In this document: positions 44,979 to 54,775 of the stretch, piece after piece | How positions within the stretch are numbered: the stretch's first letter is position 1 | Layout: each line of letters starts with the position of its first letter | IMG/VR virus record: IMGVR_UViG_3300015371_000015 | Span: 1-64,000 of that record | Reading direction: 5' to 3' (one strand) | Origin: a virus | DNA length: 64,000 nt | Translations under genes and position numbers: made by a program | Notes under the pieces: model-generated | Database searches by the model: none | Told to the model about the DNA's origin: nothing | Seen by the model: the letters and a program-made list of their open reading frames with translations, nothing else

Positions 44979-47900
44979 GTGGACTTCTACCACATCAGAA
45001 CCAAGCGAACGAAGGAAGGCCTTTACGTATACCCCGACTTCATTGTTCAGAGCTCGCAAGATCTTCTCGTCAAGGGCGGTGGCTTCTACGCCGTCTGGGA
45101 CGAGGAGAAGGGCCTCTGGTCGCGCAATGAGATGGACGTTGCCCGGATGGTCGACAAGGAGCTGTATGAGAAGGCGGATGAGCTAGACGCCATTCCCTTG
45201 CTTATGAGCAGCTATGAGTCGACCAGCTGGAAGACGTGGAAGCAGTACGTAGGCTCGCTTGATGACTCAGACGTCGACCTTGACCTGTCTCTCACCTTCG
45301 CCGACGCAGTTCCAGATAGAAAGCGCTACGCCTCTCGCAAGCTCCCATATTCCCTGACGGACGCACCTTGTCCTGCTTGGGATGAGCTTGTGGGAACTCT
45401 GTACAACCCCGAGGAGCGAGAGAAGATCGAGTGGTCCATTGGCTCGATCATTGCTGGTGACTCTAAGACGAACCAGAAGTTCCTGGTCTTCTATGGCCAG
45501 AGCGGATTCGGTAAGTCGACGATCCTGGGGATTATGGAGAAGCTCTTCGAGGGATACTACATTCCCATCGACATGAAGGCCCTGGGTATGGCGAGCAACT
45601 CGTTCGCCATGGCCGGATTCAAGAACAACCCGCTCCTTGCCTTGCAGCATGACGGTGATCTGAGTCGGATCGAGGACAACACTCGTCTGAACTCCATCGT
45701 CAGCCACGAAATGATGGCTATCAACGAGAAGTTCCGCTCTGAGTACTACACCAGGGCTTACGCTTTCCTGGCATTGGGCACCAACGAGCCTGTGAAGATC
45801 ACAGGTTCAAAATCAGGCATCATCCGGCGTCTGATCGACGTTCACCCTTCGGGCATGCTGCTCCCGAATCGTCACTATCACGCAATGCTCTCGCAAGTCG
45901 ATTTCGAGCTAGGCGCCATCGCAAATCACTGCCTTGGCGTCTACTACAAGCTCGGAAAGAACTACTACTCCGGCTACAAGCCCACGCTGATGATGTATGA
46001 GACCGACGTCTTCTACAACTTCGTCGAGCACGCCTACGACCTGTTCTACACACAGGACGGAGTCACGCTTGATCGAGCATGGCACTTGTACAAGGAGTTC
46101 TGCGAAGACTCAAAGATCAAGGTCGGGAGCATTCTGCAGAAGAACCAGTTCCGAGCAGAGCTTCAGAGCTACTTCGAACGCCTAGACGATAGGGCAACCG
46201 TTGATGGACATCGCGTCAGGAACTATTACTCCGGTTTTAAGACTCATCGGTTCATGAAGGTCGACGACACTAAGGCGATCTCTCTGACCCTCGATGAAAC
46301 GACCTCGTTGCTGGACGAAGTGCTCAAAGACCAGCTTGCGCAGTATGCAAATGACGAGGGAACGCCGAAGTTCAAGTGGGAGAACGTCAAGACCCACCTG
46401 CATCAGCTTGATACGACGAAGCTTCACTACGTCAAGATGCCTGAGAACCATATTGTCATCGATTTCGACCTCAAGGACGAGCACGGAGTAAAGTCTAGAG
46501 AGCGGAATCTGGAGAAGGCCGCTGAATGGCCGCCCACCTACGCTGAGTACAGCCAGGGTGGTGCGGGTATCCACCTTCACTACATCTATGACGGACCTCA
46601 TGACGTCGCCGATCTCAAGCCCTTGCACGAAGAGGGCATCGAGGTCAAGACCCTAGTGGGTAACGCCTCCCTTCGACGACGCTTTACGAAGGCTAATGGC
46701 ATCCCCATTTCCACTATTACCAGCGGCCTGGCCGTGAAGGAGAAGCCTATGCACGACCCAACGGCTATGGGTAATGAGAAGATCTTGCGCTCTCAGATCA
46801 TCAAGAACCTGCGCAAGGAAGTTCACCCGTCCACGAAGTCCTCCATCGACTTCATCAAGCATCTCTTGGATGAAGCAATCGAGCAGGGATATTCGTTCGA
46901 CGTGAGCGATCTCTACCCAGACACCCTCGCTTTCGCCATGGATTCAACCAACCAGGCGCGTTACTGCATGGACCGTGTCAAGGAGATGACGTGGCAGAGC
47001 GAAGACATGGACTTGAAGACTCAGTCCGATGATGACCGACTGGCGTTCTACGACGTCGAGGTGTTCCCCAACCTGTTGGTCATTTGCTGGAAGTTCATCG
47101 GAGAAGAGGCCTCCACGGTCAAGATGATCAATCCGACCCCCGACCAGGTGCAGGAATTGCTGCATCTCAAACTCGTGGGGTTCAACTGCCGTAGGTACGA
47201 CAACCATATTCTCTACGCGCGGGCAAATGGCTACTCGATTGAGCAGCTGTACGAACTATCCCAGCGGATCGTCGAGCACAACGACCGGTCTGCCATGTTC
47301 GGTGCGGCGTACGACGTCAGCTACACCGATATTTACGACTTCTCCTCGAAGAAGCAGAGCCTGAAGAAGTTCGAGATCGAGCTTGGGCTCAAGCACTCCG
47401 AGCTGGGCTTGCCGTGGAACGAACCGGTGCCCGAAGAGAAGTGGGACCTGGTTGCGGACTATTGTGTGGACGATGTCATCGCAACCGAAGCAGTCTTCGA
47501 GGCCCGCAGGGCAGACTTCACAGCACGGCAGATCCTTGCTGAGCTCTCCGGTCTCTCTGTCAACGCCTCGACGCAACAGCACACCGCTCGGATCCTCTTC
47601 GGCAAGGAGAAGCGTCCCCAGAGCAAGTTCATCTACACCGACCTGTCGCAGATGTTCCCGGGCTACAAGTTCGATTTCGGCAAGTCCACCTACCAAGGGG
47701 AGGAAGTCGGTGAAGGCGGTTACGTGTACGCTGAGCCGGGTGTGTATACAAACGTTGCACTGTTGGATGTGGCGTCAATGCATCCTACAAGTATCGAGCT
47801 CCTCGAGCTCTTCGGGCCCTACACCCAGAAGTTCACCGAACTCAAGCAGGCCCGTATCTCAATCAAGCGAGGCGACTTCGATTCAGCCAAACGGATGCTG

Positions 47901-48704
47901 GACGGTCGACTCACGCCATATCTCGAGGACGAAGATCAAGCGGAAGCACTGAGCTACGCTCTGAAGATCGTCATCAACATTGTCTATGGCCTCACCTCGG
48001 CCAAGTTCGAGAACGCGTTCCGCGACCCTCGTAACAAGGACAACATCGTCGCCAAGCGCGGCGCCCTATTCATGATCGACCTCAAGAAGTTCGTGCAGGA
48101 GCGCGGCTTCCAGGTCGTCCACATCAAGACCGACTCGATCAAGATCCCGAACGCAACACAGGAGATCATCGAGGACGTCATGAAGTTCGGCGAGAAGTAC
48201 GGCTATGAGTTCGAGCATGAGGCAACTTATGACGAGTTCGTGCTGTTCAACGACGCCGTTTATATCGCCAAGACTGACGATGGTCTCTGGCACGCTACGG
48301 GAGCTCAGTTCCTGCACCCGTATGTCTTCAAGACTCTGCTGAGTGGTGAGGAGATTACTTTCGATGACCTTGGTGAGACTCGGAACGTCGTCAAGGGTGA
48401 GATCTACATCGATAAGGAGGGTGAGCGCCGGTTCATCGGAAGAATTGGTCGCTTCATCCCCATCACTCCCGGGCATGGCGGTGGAACTCTGCTGCGCGTT
48501 GCTGACGTTACCTTCGAGAATGAAGAAGGCCAGCGCGTCACGGAGAAGCGTGCATACGCAGTCACCGGCACCAAGGGGTATGAGTGGCTCGAAGCAGAGC
48601 AGGTCCTGAACCTGGATCTGCAGGAGCACATCGACTACTCCTACTACGACAGCCTGGTCGAGAAGGCCAAGAACAACCTGCAAGCGGTCGGTTACCCGAT
48701 CTGA
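44979..48704 (+). CDS. DNA primase/helicase - DNA polymerase (family B) fusion
   Basis: SF3-like Walker A GQSGFGKST; AEP-like IVIDFD...GIHLHY; exonuclease FYDVEVFPN; PolB DVASMHP, K..IN..YG, KTDS. Confidence 0.9.
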   Translation: MDFYHIRTKRTKEGLYVYPDFIVQSSQDLLVKGGGFYAVWDEEKGLWSRNEMDVARMVDKELYEKADELDAIPLLMSSYESTSWKTWKQYVGSLDDSDVDLDLSLTFADAVPDRKRYASRKLPYSLTDAPCPAWDELVGTLYNPEEREKIEWSIGSIIAGDSKTNQKFLVFYGQSGFGKSTILGIMEKLFEGYYIPIDMKALGMASNSFAMAGFKNNPLLALQHDGDLSRIEDNTRLNSIVSHEMMAINEKFRSEYYTRAYAFLALGTNEPVKITGSKSGIIRRLIDVHPSGMLLPNRHYHAMLSQVDFELGAIANHCLGVYYKLGKNYYSGYKPTLMMYETDVFYNFVEHAYDLFYTQDGVTLDRAWHLYKEFCEDSKIKVGSILQKNQFRAELQSYFERLDDRATVDGHRVRNYYSGFKTHRFMKVDDTKAISLTLDETTSLLDEVLKDQLAQYANDEGTPKFKWENVKTHLHQLDTTKLHYVKMPENHIVIDFDLKDEHGVKSRERNLEKAAEWPPTYAEYSQGGAGIHLHYIYDGPHDVADLKPLHEEGIEVKTLVGNASLRRRFTKANGIPISTITSGLAVKEKPMHDPTAMGNEKILRSQIIKNLRKEVHPSTKSSIDFIKHLLDEAIEQGYSFDVSDLYPDTLAFAMDSTNQARYCMDRVKEMTWQSEDMDLKTQSDDDRLAFYDVEVFPNLLVICWKFIGEEASTVKMINPTPDQVQELLHLKLVGFNCRRYDNHILYARANGYSIEQLYELSQRIVEHNDRSAMFGAAYDVSYTDIYDFSSKKQSLKKFEIELGLKHSELGLPWNEPVPEEKWDLVADYCVDDVIATEAVFEARRADFTARQILAELSGLSVNASTQQHTARILFGKEKRPQSKFIYTDLSQMFPGYKFDFGKSTYQGEEVGEGGYVYAEPGVYTNVALLDVASMHPTSIELLELFGPYTQKFTELKQARISIKRGDFDSAKRMLDGRLTPYLEDEDQAEALSYALKIVINIVYGLTSAKFENAFRDPRNKDNIVAKRGALFMIDLKKFVQERGFQVVHIKTDSIKIPNATQEIIEDVMKFGEKYGYEFEHEATYDEFVLFNDAVYIAKTDDGLWHATGAQFLHPYVFKTLLSGEEITFDDLGETRNVVKGEIYIDKEGERRFIGRIGRFIPITPGHGGGTLLRVADVTFENEEGQRVTEKRAYAVTGTKGYEWLEAEQVLNLDLQEHIDYSYYDSLVEKAKNNLQAVGYPI

Positions 48705-48780
48705 TAGACGTGGAAGGCGGGTCTAGACCCCCCGAGCTGGGCCCGTCTTCCGCCTATATTTCTACACAAAAGGGGACATA

Positions 48781-48990
48781 ATGTCGTTGGTTTTGACCAC
48801 AGAAGACAATATCAAGATCCATCTCGAGAAACCGGAGAAGAACTACACCGAAAAGACCATGGTACTGACTGTCCCTGGGCCTGTGGTCACGCACCCAGAT
48901 CGACCCGATGAGAAGAAGCCGGACCTGATTCTGAAGGTCAACCTGTCCCCGGGCGACCTCGCCCACCTCAAGCACATGCTCAGTTCGTAA
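48781..48990 (+). CDS. hypothetical protein
   Basis: AGGGG RBS. Confidence 0.55.
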   Translation: MSLVLTTEDNIKIHLEKPEKNYTEKTMVLTVPGPVVTHPDRPDEKKPDLILKVNLSPGDLAHLKHMLSS

Positions 48991-48998
48991 GGAGCACC

Positions 48999-49808
48999 AT
49001 GGAAGAGAACTATCTTGCGTTGTTGAAGCATATCCGCGACGACGGCGTTGACAAGACCGACCGCACCGGCGTAGGGACGCGCAGCATCTTCGGTGCTCAG
49101 CTCCGCTTCGACCTGTCCCAAAGCTTTCCGCTCCTGACCACCAAGAAGATCTACACCCGAGGAGTGCTCGGCGAGCTGTGCTGGCTGATCCGTGGCGAGA
49201 CCAACATCCGTTGGCTGCAGAACAACAACGTCCATATTTGGGACGAGTGGGCAGACAAGAACGGCGACCTCGGGCCCGTCTACGGTGCTCAGTGGCGAGG
49301 ATGGCGCGGTCACAGGGGCGAAGAGATCGATCAGCTTCAGGAAGCAGCCAACCTCATCCGTCGGCAGCCCGATTCCAGGCGCATCTGCGTCTCGGCGTGG
49401 AATGTCAGCGAACTTGAGGACATGGCGCTCATGCCGTGCCACGCGTTCTTCCAGTTCGAGGTCCACGACAACAAGCTTTCCTGCCACATGTACCAGCGTA
49501 GCGCGGACGTCTTCCTCGGCGTGCCGTTCAACATCGCTTCGTATGCGGCGCTGACTCACTACATGGCCTGGAACACCAAGACCGAGTTGGGCGACCTGAT
49601 CATCTCGTTCGGAGACGTCCATATTTATAACAACCACTTCGACCAGGTGGACCTGCAGCTCACTCGCCGGCCCCGTCTGTTCCCGCACCTGGAGTACAAG
49701 CCAGGCAAGAAGCCCGAATCACCCATTCTGGACAAGCCGGAGATTGAGGACTTCGTCCTGACCAACTACTCCCCCTACCCATCTATCAAAGCGGAGGTCG
49801 CTGTATGA
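48999..49808 (+). CDS. thyA: thymidylate synthase
   Basis: DRTGVGT, FPLLTTKK, LGPVYG.QWR, PCH, YQRSAD.FLGVPFN. Confidence 0.97.
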   Translation: MEENYLALLKHIRDDGVDKTDRTGVGTRSIFGAQLRFDLSQSFPLLTTKKIYTRGVLGELCWLIRGETNIRWLQNNNVHIWDEWADKNGDLGPVYGAQWRGWRGHRGEEIDQLQEAANLIRRQPDSRRICVSAWNVSELEDMALMPCHAFFQFEVHDNKLSCHMYQRSADVFLGVPFNIASYAALTHYMAWNTKTELGDLIISFGDVHIYNNHFDQVDLQLTRRPRLFPHLEYKPGKKPESPILDKPEIEDFVLTNYSPYPSIKAEVAV

Positions 49809-50212
49809 GCCAAGCCGACCATGTCGAGACGCTCGACACTCCCATGCCGGTATATTTGCCGGGGCAATCTCGAGACTGGCATCGGTACTCGGGCATCGCC
49901 AAGATCAGCAAGACCGGCGACATCGTCATCAAGCTGATGGACAAGCGTGCAGCAGTCGGTCTGATCGACATGGCGCTTGAGAAGAATCTCCTCGCGGTCT
50001 CCTTCGACTACAAGCTGAGCGAAAAGCAGGTCGAGGAGCTGAATCAGAGGTACACCAAGAAGATCGTGTCCCGAGTGGGAGCACATCCTATCCAGGCTGA
50101 CGGTAAAGACGTAGGTACGGCCTATTTCTTCACTGACGGCACCATCCAGGTCAAGCTTGACGGCAACGACCTGACCTACACCATCGACTCAACCCAGAAG
50201 AAGGACGTATGA
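49805..50212 (+). CDS. hypothetical protein
   Basis: ATGA overlap with thyA; GGAGG RBS. Confidence 0.65.
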   Translation: MSQADHVETLDTPMPVYLPGQSRDWHRYSGIAKISKTGDIVIKLMDKRAAVGLIDMALEKNLLAVSFDYKLSEKQVEELNQRYTKKIVSRVGAHPIQADGKDVGTAYFFTDGTIQVKLDGNDLTYTIDSTQKKDV

Positions 50213-50676
50213 CACTGCAGCGATTCCGCCACGTACCTAACGAGATCGTGGCTGTTCAGTACACCGGCAAGAACGCGGGCGAGATCATCGACATCTTCGG
50301 CCTTGGCAAGATCTCTGAGACTGTCAGCGCGGTCGATGACGAGAATGTGCTGGAGTTCGTCACGGCGCACGGAGACGTCGCTTACGCCCGCTCCGGCGAC
50401 TGGGTCGTCCCCGACTCCAAGCCGGACACGTTCTACCCCATCTTGGGAGAGGTCTTCGAAGACACTTATCTCGAGGTGGGCGAGGATGCGCCCAAGGAGA
50501 CTCTGTCCATGCCGTGGCCGCGCATCGTCACGGGTCAGCCGGTGACCGCAGCCATGCTCAAGGAGGCTTGGACGGAGTTCATGACGCCTCTGCAGGAGGC
50601 TGGTCGTGGCTCGGAGCCGAATGTCCAGGTCATGCTCGCGGTCCTCCGTCACGTCTACGGCGGAATGCAGGGTTAG
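50209..50676 (+). CDS. phage protein (A.QYTG.N...GDW.V....FYP....F..TY family)
   Basis: recurrent phage motif pattern. Confidence 0.65.
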   Translation: MTLQRFRHVPNEIVAVQYTGKNAGEIIDIFGLGKISETVSAVDDENVLEFVTAHGDVAYARSGDWVVPDSKPDTFYPILGEVFEDTYLEVGEDAPKETLSMPWPRIVTGQPVTAAMLKEAWTEFMTPLQEAGRGSEPNVQVMLAVLRHVYGGMQG

Positions 50677-50687
50677 GAAGGAGCTAG

Positions 50688-51272
50688 ATGACAGACCTTA
50701 GTGATGGCTTCGGTGACGATCTATCGATCGAAGAACGAATCATCGCTAACGAACGGCTGCTGAAACTCAAGGCAGCTGAGCGAAACAGAATCCCTGAATT
50801 CTGGGACGACGTGTTGCAGGAAGGCCGCATCGTCCAATGGCAAGTCATGGAGAAGAGACCCGAGGCTGCGCCTGCCTATATTTCCGCGTCCATGTCAAAT
50901 CGGATACAGGAAGTGATCAATAGACAGACGTGGACCGGGTATGAGTCAAGACACGGACGTCCTACGGATCCCATCCGACGCAAAGACCGAGACTCATTCG
51001 ATGATCCTGACTTCCACACCGTGGCAAGCGCTGCCGAGACCTTAGACAAGGTCATATTTGCTTACCACCACGGAGAGATTCTACAAGCTCTCAACTCGCT
51101 CACTGAGCGACAGCGAGAGTACGTATATTTGCGATTCTGGCAAGGCCTGACCAATCCAGAGATCGCTGCACGCTTCGAGATGTCCAGATCGGCTGTCGAG
51201 CGTGAATGGAACACCAAGACCAAGCCTGCTCTACTCGAGCAGCTGGAACACTTGCACGAACTAGTGGGTTGA
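50688..51272 (+). CDS. RNA polymerase sigma-like factor (ECF-type, region 4 HTH)
   Basis: DD..QEG region-2-like segment; AL..LTERQRE...LRF..GLT..EIA.....S..AV region 4. Confidence 0.8.
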   Translation: MTDLSDGFGDDLSIEERIIANERLLKLKAAERNRIPEFWDDVLQEGRIVQWQVMEKRPEAAPAYISASMSNRIQEVINRQTWTGYESRHGRPTDPIRRKDRDSFDDPDFHTVASAAETLDKVIFAYHHGEILQALNSLTERQREYVYLRFWQGLTNPEIAARFEMSRSAVEREWNTKTKPALLEQLEHLHELVG

Positions 51273-51283
51273 GAGGGGGATAT

Positions 51284-51490
51284 ATGTGGCGGCGAAACAA
51301 GATCAACGCAGAAGAGGTCCAGGCTCTTCTTGATCAACTCGATGTGAAGCTTGCAAACGTCAAGTCGGCAACGGAGGCGCTCAATCGAGCCGCCATTGCT
51401 TCTGGTACGGCGGAAAAGCAGCTGAAGGCGACTATCGAACGTGCTGAAGCGGCGAACGCAAGGCTGAGGCGTAGTACTCAGGGTCGGTAA
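51284..51490 (+). CDS. coiled-coil hypothetical protein
   Basis: GAGGGGG RBS. Confidence 0.6.
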   Translation: MWRRNKINAEEVQALLDQLDVKLANVKSATEALNRAAIASGTAEKQLKATIERAEAANARLRRSTQGR

Positions 51491-51517
51491 CAACTATCTA
51501 TCGAGGAGATCATCTAC

Positions 51518-52057
51518 ATGACAAAGGACGTCGTCAATCGCCCGTTGCGGGGCATCGCATATCACGAGGCTGCGGTGCACTACAACAAGGAGATGGCGAA
51601 GGTGGCCCGGGCACTGGCCAAGTCCGAGGATACTCCAGACAAGCAGCTTGCACGTGCTGCTCGTGATCTGGCGAACTCCGACGAGGTATCGGACAAGGAG
51701 GTCAAGCGTTGGTGTAACTCCGTTGCGAAGCAGCACGAAGAGGCTGCTCGTGAACAGGAGCGAAGTCTGCGAGCCATCGCCAAGCAGCACGACGAGCACG
51801 TGGTCGTACACGAGCGAACACTGCGAAAGCTTCGAAAGAAGAAGCAAGAGAAGAAGCCGTACAACAAGAACAAGCCGCGCAAGACAACCGCCGGCCCCAA
51901 GCCCGGCCCTCCGCCGAATCGGAAGGAGGTGCCGAGTGTGCACGACAAGAACCAGACTCCTGCTCGGCCCATCCCCCGTGATCCGCGGTTGGGTCGAAAC
52001 CCTGCTGCCCGAACTGGCGTAGGGACGAACATCGAGAAGCAGGAGGCTTCAGCATGA
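51518..52057 (+). CDS. basic hypothetical protein
   Basis: GAGGAG RBS. Confidence 0.65.
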   Translation: MTKDVVNRPLRGIAYHEAAVHYNKEMAKVARALAKSEDTPDKQLARAARDLANSDEVSDKEVKRWCNSVAKQHEEAAREQERSLRAIAKQHDEHVVVHERTLRKLRKKKQEKKPYNKNKPRKTTAGPKPGPPPNRKEVPSVHDKNQTPARPIPRDPRLGRNPAARTGVGTNIEKQEASA

Positions 52058-52542
52058 CCGAAAGTCCAGATCGCCCCGGGTGGATTCCCAAGCTGGAGAT
52101 TGCAGACGCCCAGATCAAGTGGGTGTTCTCGCACTTCGACGGACGTGAAGACACGTTCAACCAGGAAGGCGACCACAACTTCACTGTCATCATCCCCGAG
52201 CGTGAGGCGCTCGAGCTCAAGGAGCAGGGATGGTCGATCCGTGAGGTACCGGGGTACGAAGAGGGCGACCCGCCGGAGTTCCTCCTCAAGGTCAAGATCT
52301 CCTCGCGTTTCTTCGACGAGCTGAAGATCTACCTCATCAAGAACAACCGCAAGTACCGCGCTGAGAAGCGTGACCTTGCAGACATCAAGCGCTCGACGAC
52401 CACCAGGATCGATCTGGTCATCAAGCCGTCTCGATGGACCCACGGCAACAACTCGGGCGTCACCGCCTACGTCGAGGAGCTGTACGCTCACATCGAGCAG
52501 TCGCGCTTCGCCGACATGTACGACGACCTGGAGACCATCTGA
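52054..52542 (+). CDS. single-stranded DNA-binding protein (phage type)
   Basis: F.G....FN.EG..NF, L...GW.IR, DL.I.P..W....G..AY; acidic C-terminus. Confidence 0.7.
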   Translation: MTESPDRPGWIPKLEIADAQIKWVFSHFDGREDTFNQEGDHNFTVIIPEREALELKEQGWSIREVPGYEEGDPPEFLLKVKISSRFFDELKIYLIKNNRKYRAEKRDLADIKRSTTTRIDLVIKPSRWTHGNNSGVTAYVEELYAHIEQSRFADMYDDLETI

Positions 52543-52812
52543 TGCGACGCAATCAGGGTACTCAGGCAAAGGACCGCACGCGCTCCCGTCGCTTTCGAGC
52601 CGGTAGCCGTCGGAACAAGAAGCTGAGGAACGTAGGTTCTTTCGGCTCGGACCGGAGGGCATAAGCGATATGCTCGTCTGGGTCTATTACTCCAAGGATG
52701 GTCATTCTTGGGTATCTCAAACCTCGGAGGAGGAGGCGCAAGTAGCGTCTGAAACTCAACCTTCTCACATCTATTTCTTCGCGGAGCTTGACGAGCTACA
52801 GGCAGCATAGCC

Positions 52813-53058
52813 GTGGCGCAAGCCTACGCGATTCGGGTTACGCCGAGCAACTTCGGCGCCATATCAAGTGAGAACCCCTATTTCAACCTTGAAGAGCTCC
52901 ATGAGTGGCTAGACGCCCACGGCGACGGATATTTCATCAGAGATGAAGACCACGAGCCGTTCGATAATGTGTACATGGACATGACAATCTTCGAGGAAAT
53001 TTATCGGTTTGAGGGCTACCGCCCCGACCAAATGTTCCACCCCATCACATTCAAGTGA
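52813..53058 (+). CDS. hypothetical protein
   Basis: ORF in gene-dense + strand run. Confidence 0.5.
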   Translation: MAQAYAIRVTPSNFGAISSENPYFNLEELHEWLDAHGDGYFIRDEDHEPFDNVYMDMTIFEEIYRFEGYRPDQMFHPITFK

Positions 53059-53070
53059 ACAGGAGACACC

Positions 53071-53292
53071 ATGAGCGAGGACAACAAGTACGACGAGGTC
53101 GAGAAGGCCTCTGCTCCGCCGCAGCCCGAGAACCCCCTGGGTGAGGCCACGGATCCGGCGGCCACCGTCGGTGACGCGGTCACCAATCCCTCGGCGGTCG
53201 AGGACGCTCCGGACCCCGAGCAGGCTGCTGCGCCGGTCGAGGACGCGCCGGACCAGCCCACGCCCGAGTCGGGTAGCTCCGACGAGAGCTGA
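53071..53292 (+). CDS. acidic disordered protein
   Basis: AGGAG RBS; AVEDAPD repeated. Confidence 0.65.
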   Translation: MSEDNKYDEVEKASAPPQPENPLGEATDPAATVGDAVTNPSAVEDAPDPEQAAAPVEDAPDQPTPESGSSDES

Positions 53293-53405
53293 CATGTGAG
53301 CATGGGGGATCGGGATTAAAAGAACCAAGATTGGGGCCGGTACCCGCCTCAGCGCCCGGTCCCCCGTGTGCATATTTCAGAACTCGCGCGAAAAACAACT
53401 TCTAT

Positions 53406-53503
53406 AATGAGACGTACTGAAGCCAATCAGTTCAAATGTCGTAAGAAGCCAACTACCGAGCTATCCCTAGCTTAACTGTAGGTTGCGAAGACGACGTCTC
53501 ATT
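53406..53503 (+). ncRNA. putative small structured RNA (cassette without an ORF)
   Basis: AATGAGACGT/ACGTCTCATT perfect 10-bp closing stem; ACTGA/TCAGT, GTCGT/ACGAC, AGCTA/TAGCT inner stems. Confidence 0.6.
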
Positions 53504-53536
53504 CTTTGTTTCACTCCCACCACCTAAGGAGACAGC

Positions 53537-53794
53537 ATGGCACTTCCCGATGGAACCGGCCGCGCCGGTCGCATGATGGCCAACATGAGCTCGCTTAACC
53601 TCGGGCGACTGATGAAGGCCCTGATCGATCCCGATCGAAAGCTCAGCCCTGCGGAGAAGCACCTCGCCGAGTACGTCATGGACGAGATCGTCCCGGGCAC
53701 TCGCACTGCAGAGCACCCGAACTACAAGCACAAGGGCGACGGCAAGCCCGGGGTGAAGAAGACCAAGGAGCACTCTGGTCGACGAGCAGCCTGA
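53537..53794 (+). CDS. hypothetical protein
   Basis: AAGGAG RBS. Confidence 0.7.
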   Translation: MALPDGTGRAGRMMANMSSLNLGRLMKALIDPDRKLSPAEKHLAEYVMDEIVPGTRTAEHPNYKHKGDGKPGVKKTKEHSGRRAA

Positions 53795-53795
53795 C

Positions 53796-54610
53796 ACTCG
53801 ACTGAGCGAGTCTAAATAGGCCTTAAGCTCAGAGCGGCCCTCTTCGGAGGGTGTGGACTGTCTGGCGAGACAGAACTTTCTCAGCGAAACTGATCTGGCA
53901 TACCGGAATCCGGCGTGCTTGCGGGAGTAGGTGTACAACTGAGGATTGGTTAAACAAAAACACGTGGTGGCAAGTTCGAGGCAGCCCTGGAGTTGGCCGC
54001 TAAGCAGTCGGGTCTCCAGCCCTCTCGGTCTCTGACTCTTCATAGAGAAGAACCGAGGCACTACCACCGCTCGCCCAGCACCTGAGGCGTGCAATAAACG
54101 GGGTGGCCCCAGTATCAGGCCATGTCAAAAGGCACCCCACCTTGACGTATGTCATATTTGTTAGAGACCTAGGAGGTGAGAGCGATGCAAGCCCGAGGGT
54201 TGTAATCACCCTCCTACAAGTCAACATAGTCTTGGTCATGGCAAGGACCCCCATTACGATGGTAAGGCCCCTCCCATGATCATATTCGCATGGAGGCACT
54301 ACACTCCGTGCGGCAAACCCGTCCCCTACAAACACCCAAGCTTCCGCATAGACGGTCATGAACGTAAAAGCGGACTGCTGAACTCTAGTGAGCCCAGACA
54401 ACCTGCGTAGCGGCTTTATGTGGCGCCATCAGGAATCTGCAAGCCTAGAGCAACTGGAGCGGCCCATAGTGGCCTGGTTACAAATGCACGAGACAAGCAC
54501 ACCGGTCAGGTTAATGTATCCATATTCGTTGTGAATCACTGGACTAAACTGAACCGCGTACATGAGGTGAGCTGCCACCATGGTTGATTCCAAGCGCAGT
54601 GAAGTTTAAG
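53796..54610 (+). ncRNA. putative large (~800 nt) structured non-coding RNA region
   Basis: no credible + strand ORF; many hairpins incl. CCCTC-TTCG-GAGGG, CTGTCT-GGCG-AGACAG, TAGGAGG/CCTCCTA. Confidence 0.5.
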
Positions 54611-54615
54611 CATTA

Positions 54616-54746
54616 CCCGTTCGGGTCGAATGCAGTCGGTTAACTTGAGTTATTGGTTCGAGTCCAATATGCCTTCTTTGAGGGCATTGGCGCAATTGGC
54701 AGCGCAAAGTACATAAAACCCGGCAGCACCCTTACATCCGAACGGG
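54616..54746 (+). ncRNA. Y RNA / YrlA-like unit 1 (permuted tRNA-like domain)
   Basis: CCCGTTCGG/CCGAACGGG outer stem with GGGTCGAA..TACATCC core; T arm ATTGG-TTCGAGT-CCAAT, loop-closed acceptor-like stem, D arm GCGC-AATTGGCA-GCGC; adjacent to Ro60. Confidence 0.85.
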
Positions 54747-54775
54747 CTTCATCTATCCCACGCAGAGGAGAACGC

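Noticed and set aside
48999-49808. ThyA as a base-modifying hydroxymethylase
   Set aside because: It keeps the canonical PCH and GVPFN (dUMP-specific Asn) motifs, and no modification gene cluster is visible apart from one DUF1599-like gene.
54150-54235. Group I intron P7 elements (GAGACC...ATAGTC)
   Set aside because: Pairing is imperfect, no interrupted gene flanks the region and other core elements were not found.
54653-54775. N-terminal extension of Ro60 in the ORF track
   Set aside because: It overlaps Y unit 1; the GAGGAG RBS supports ATG 54776.
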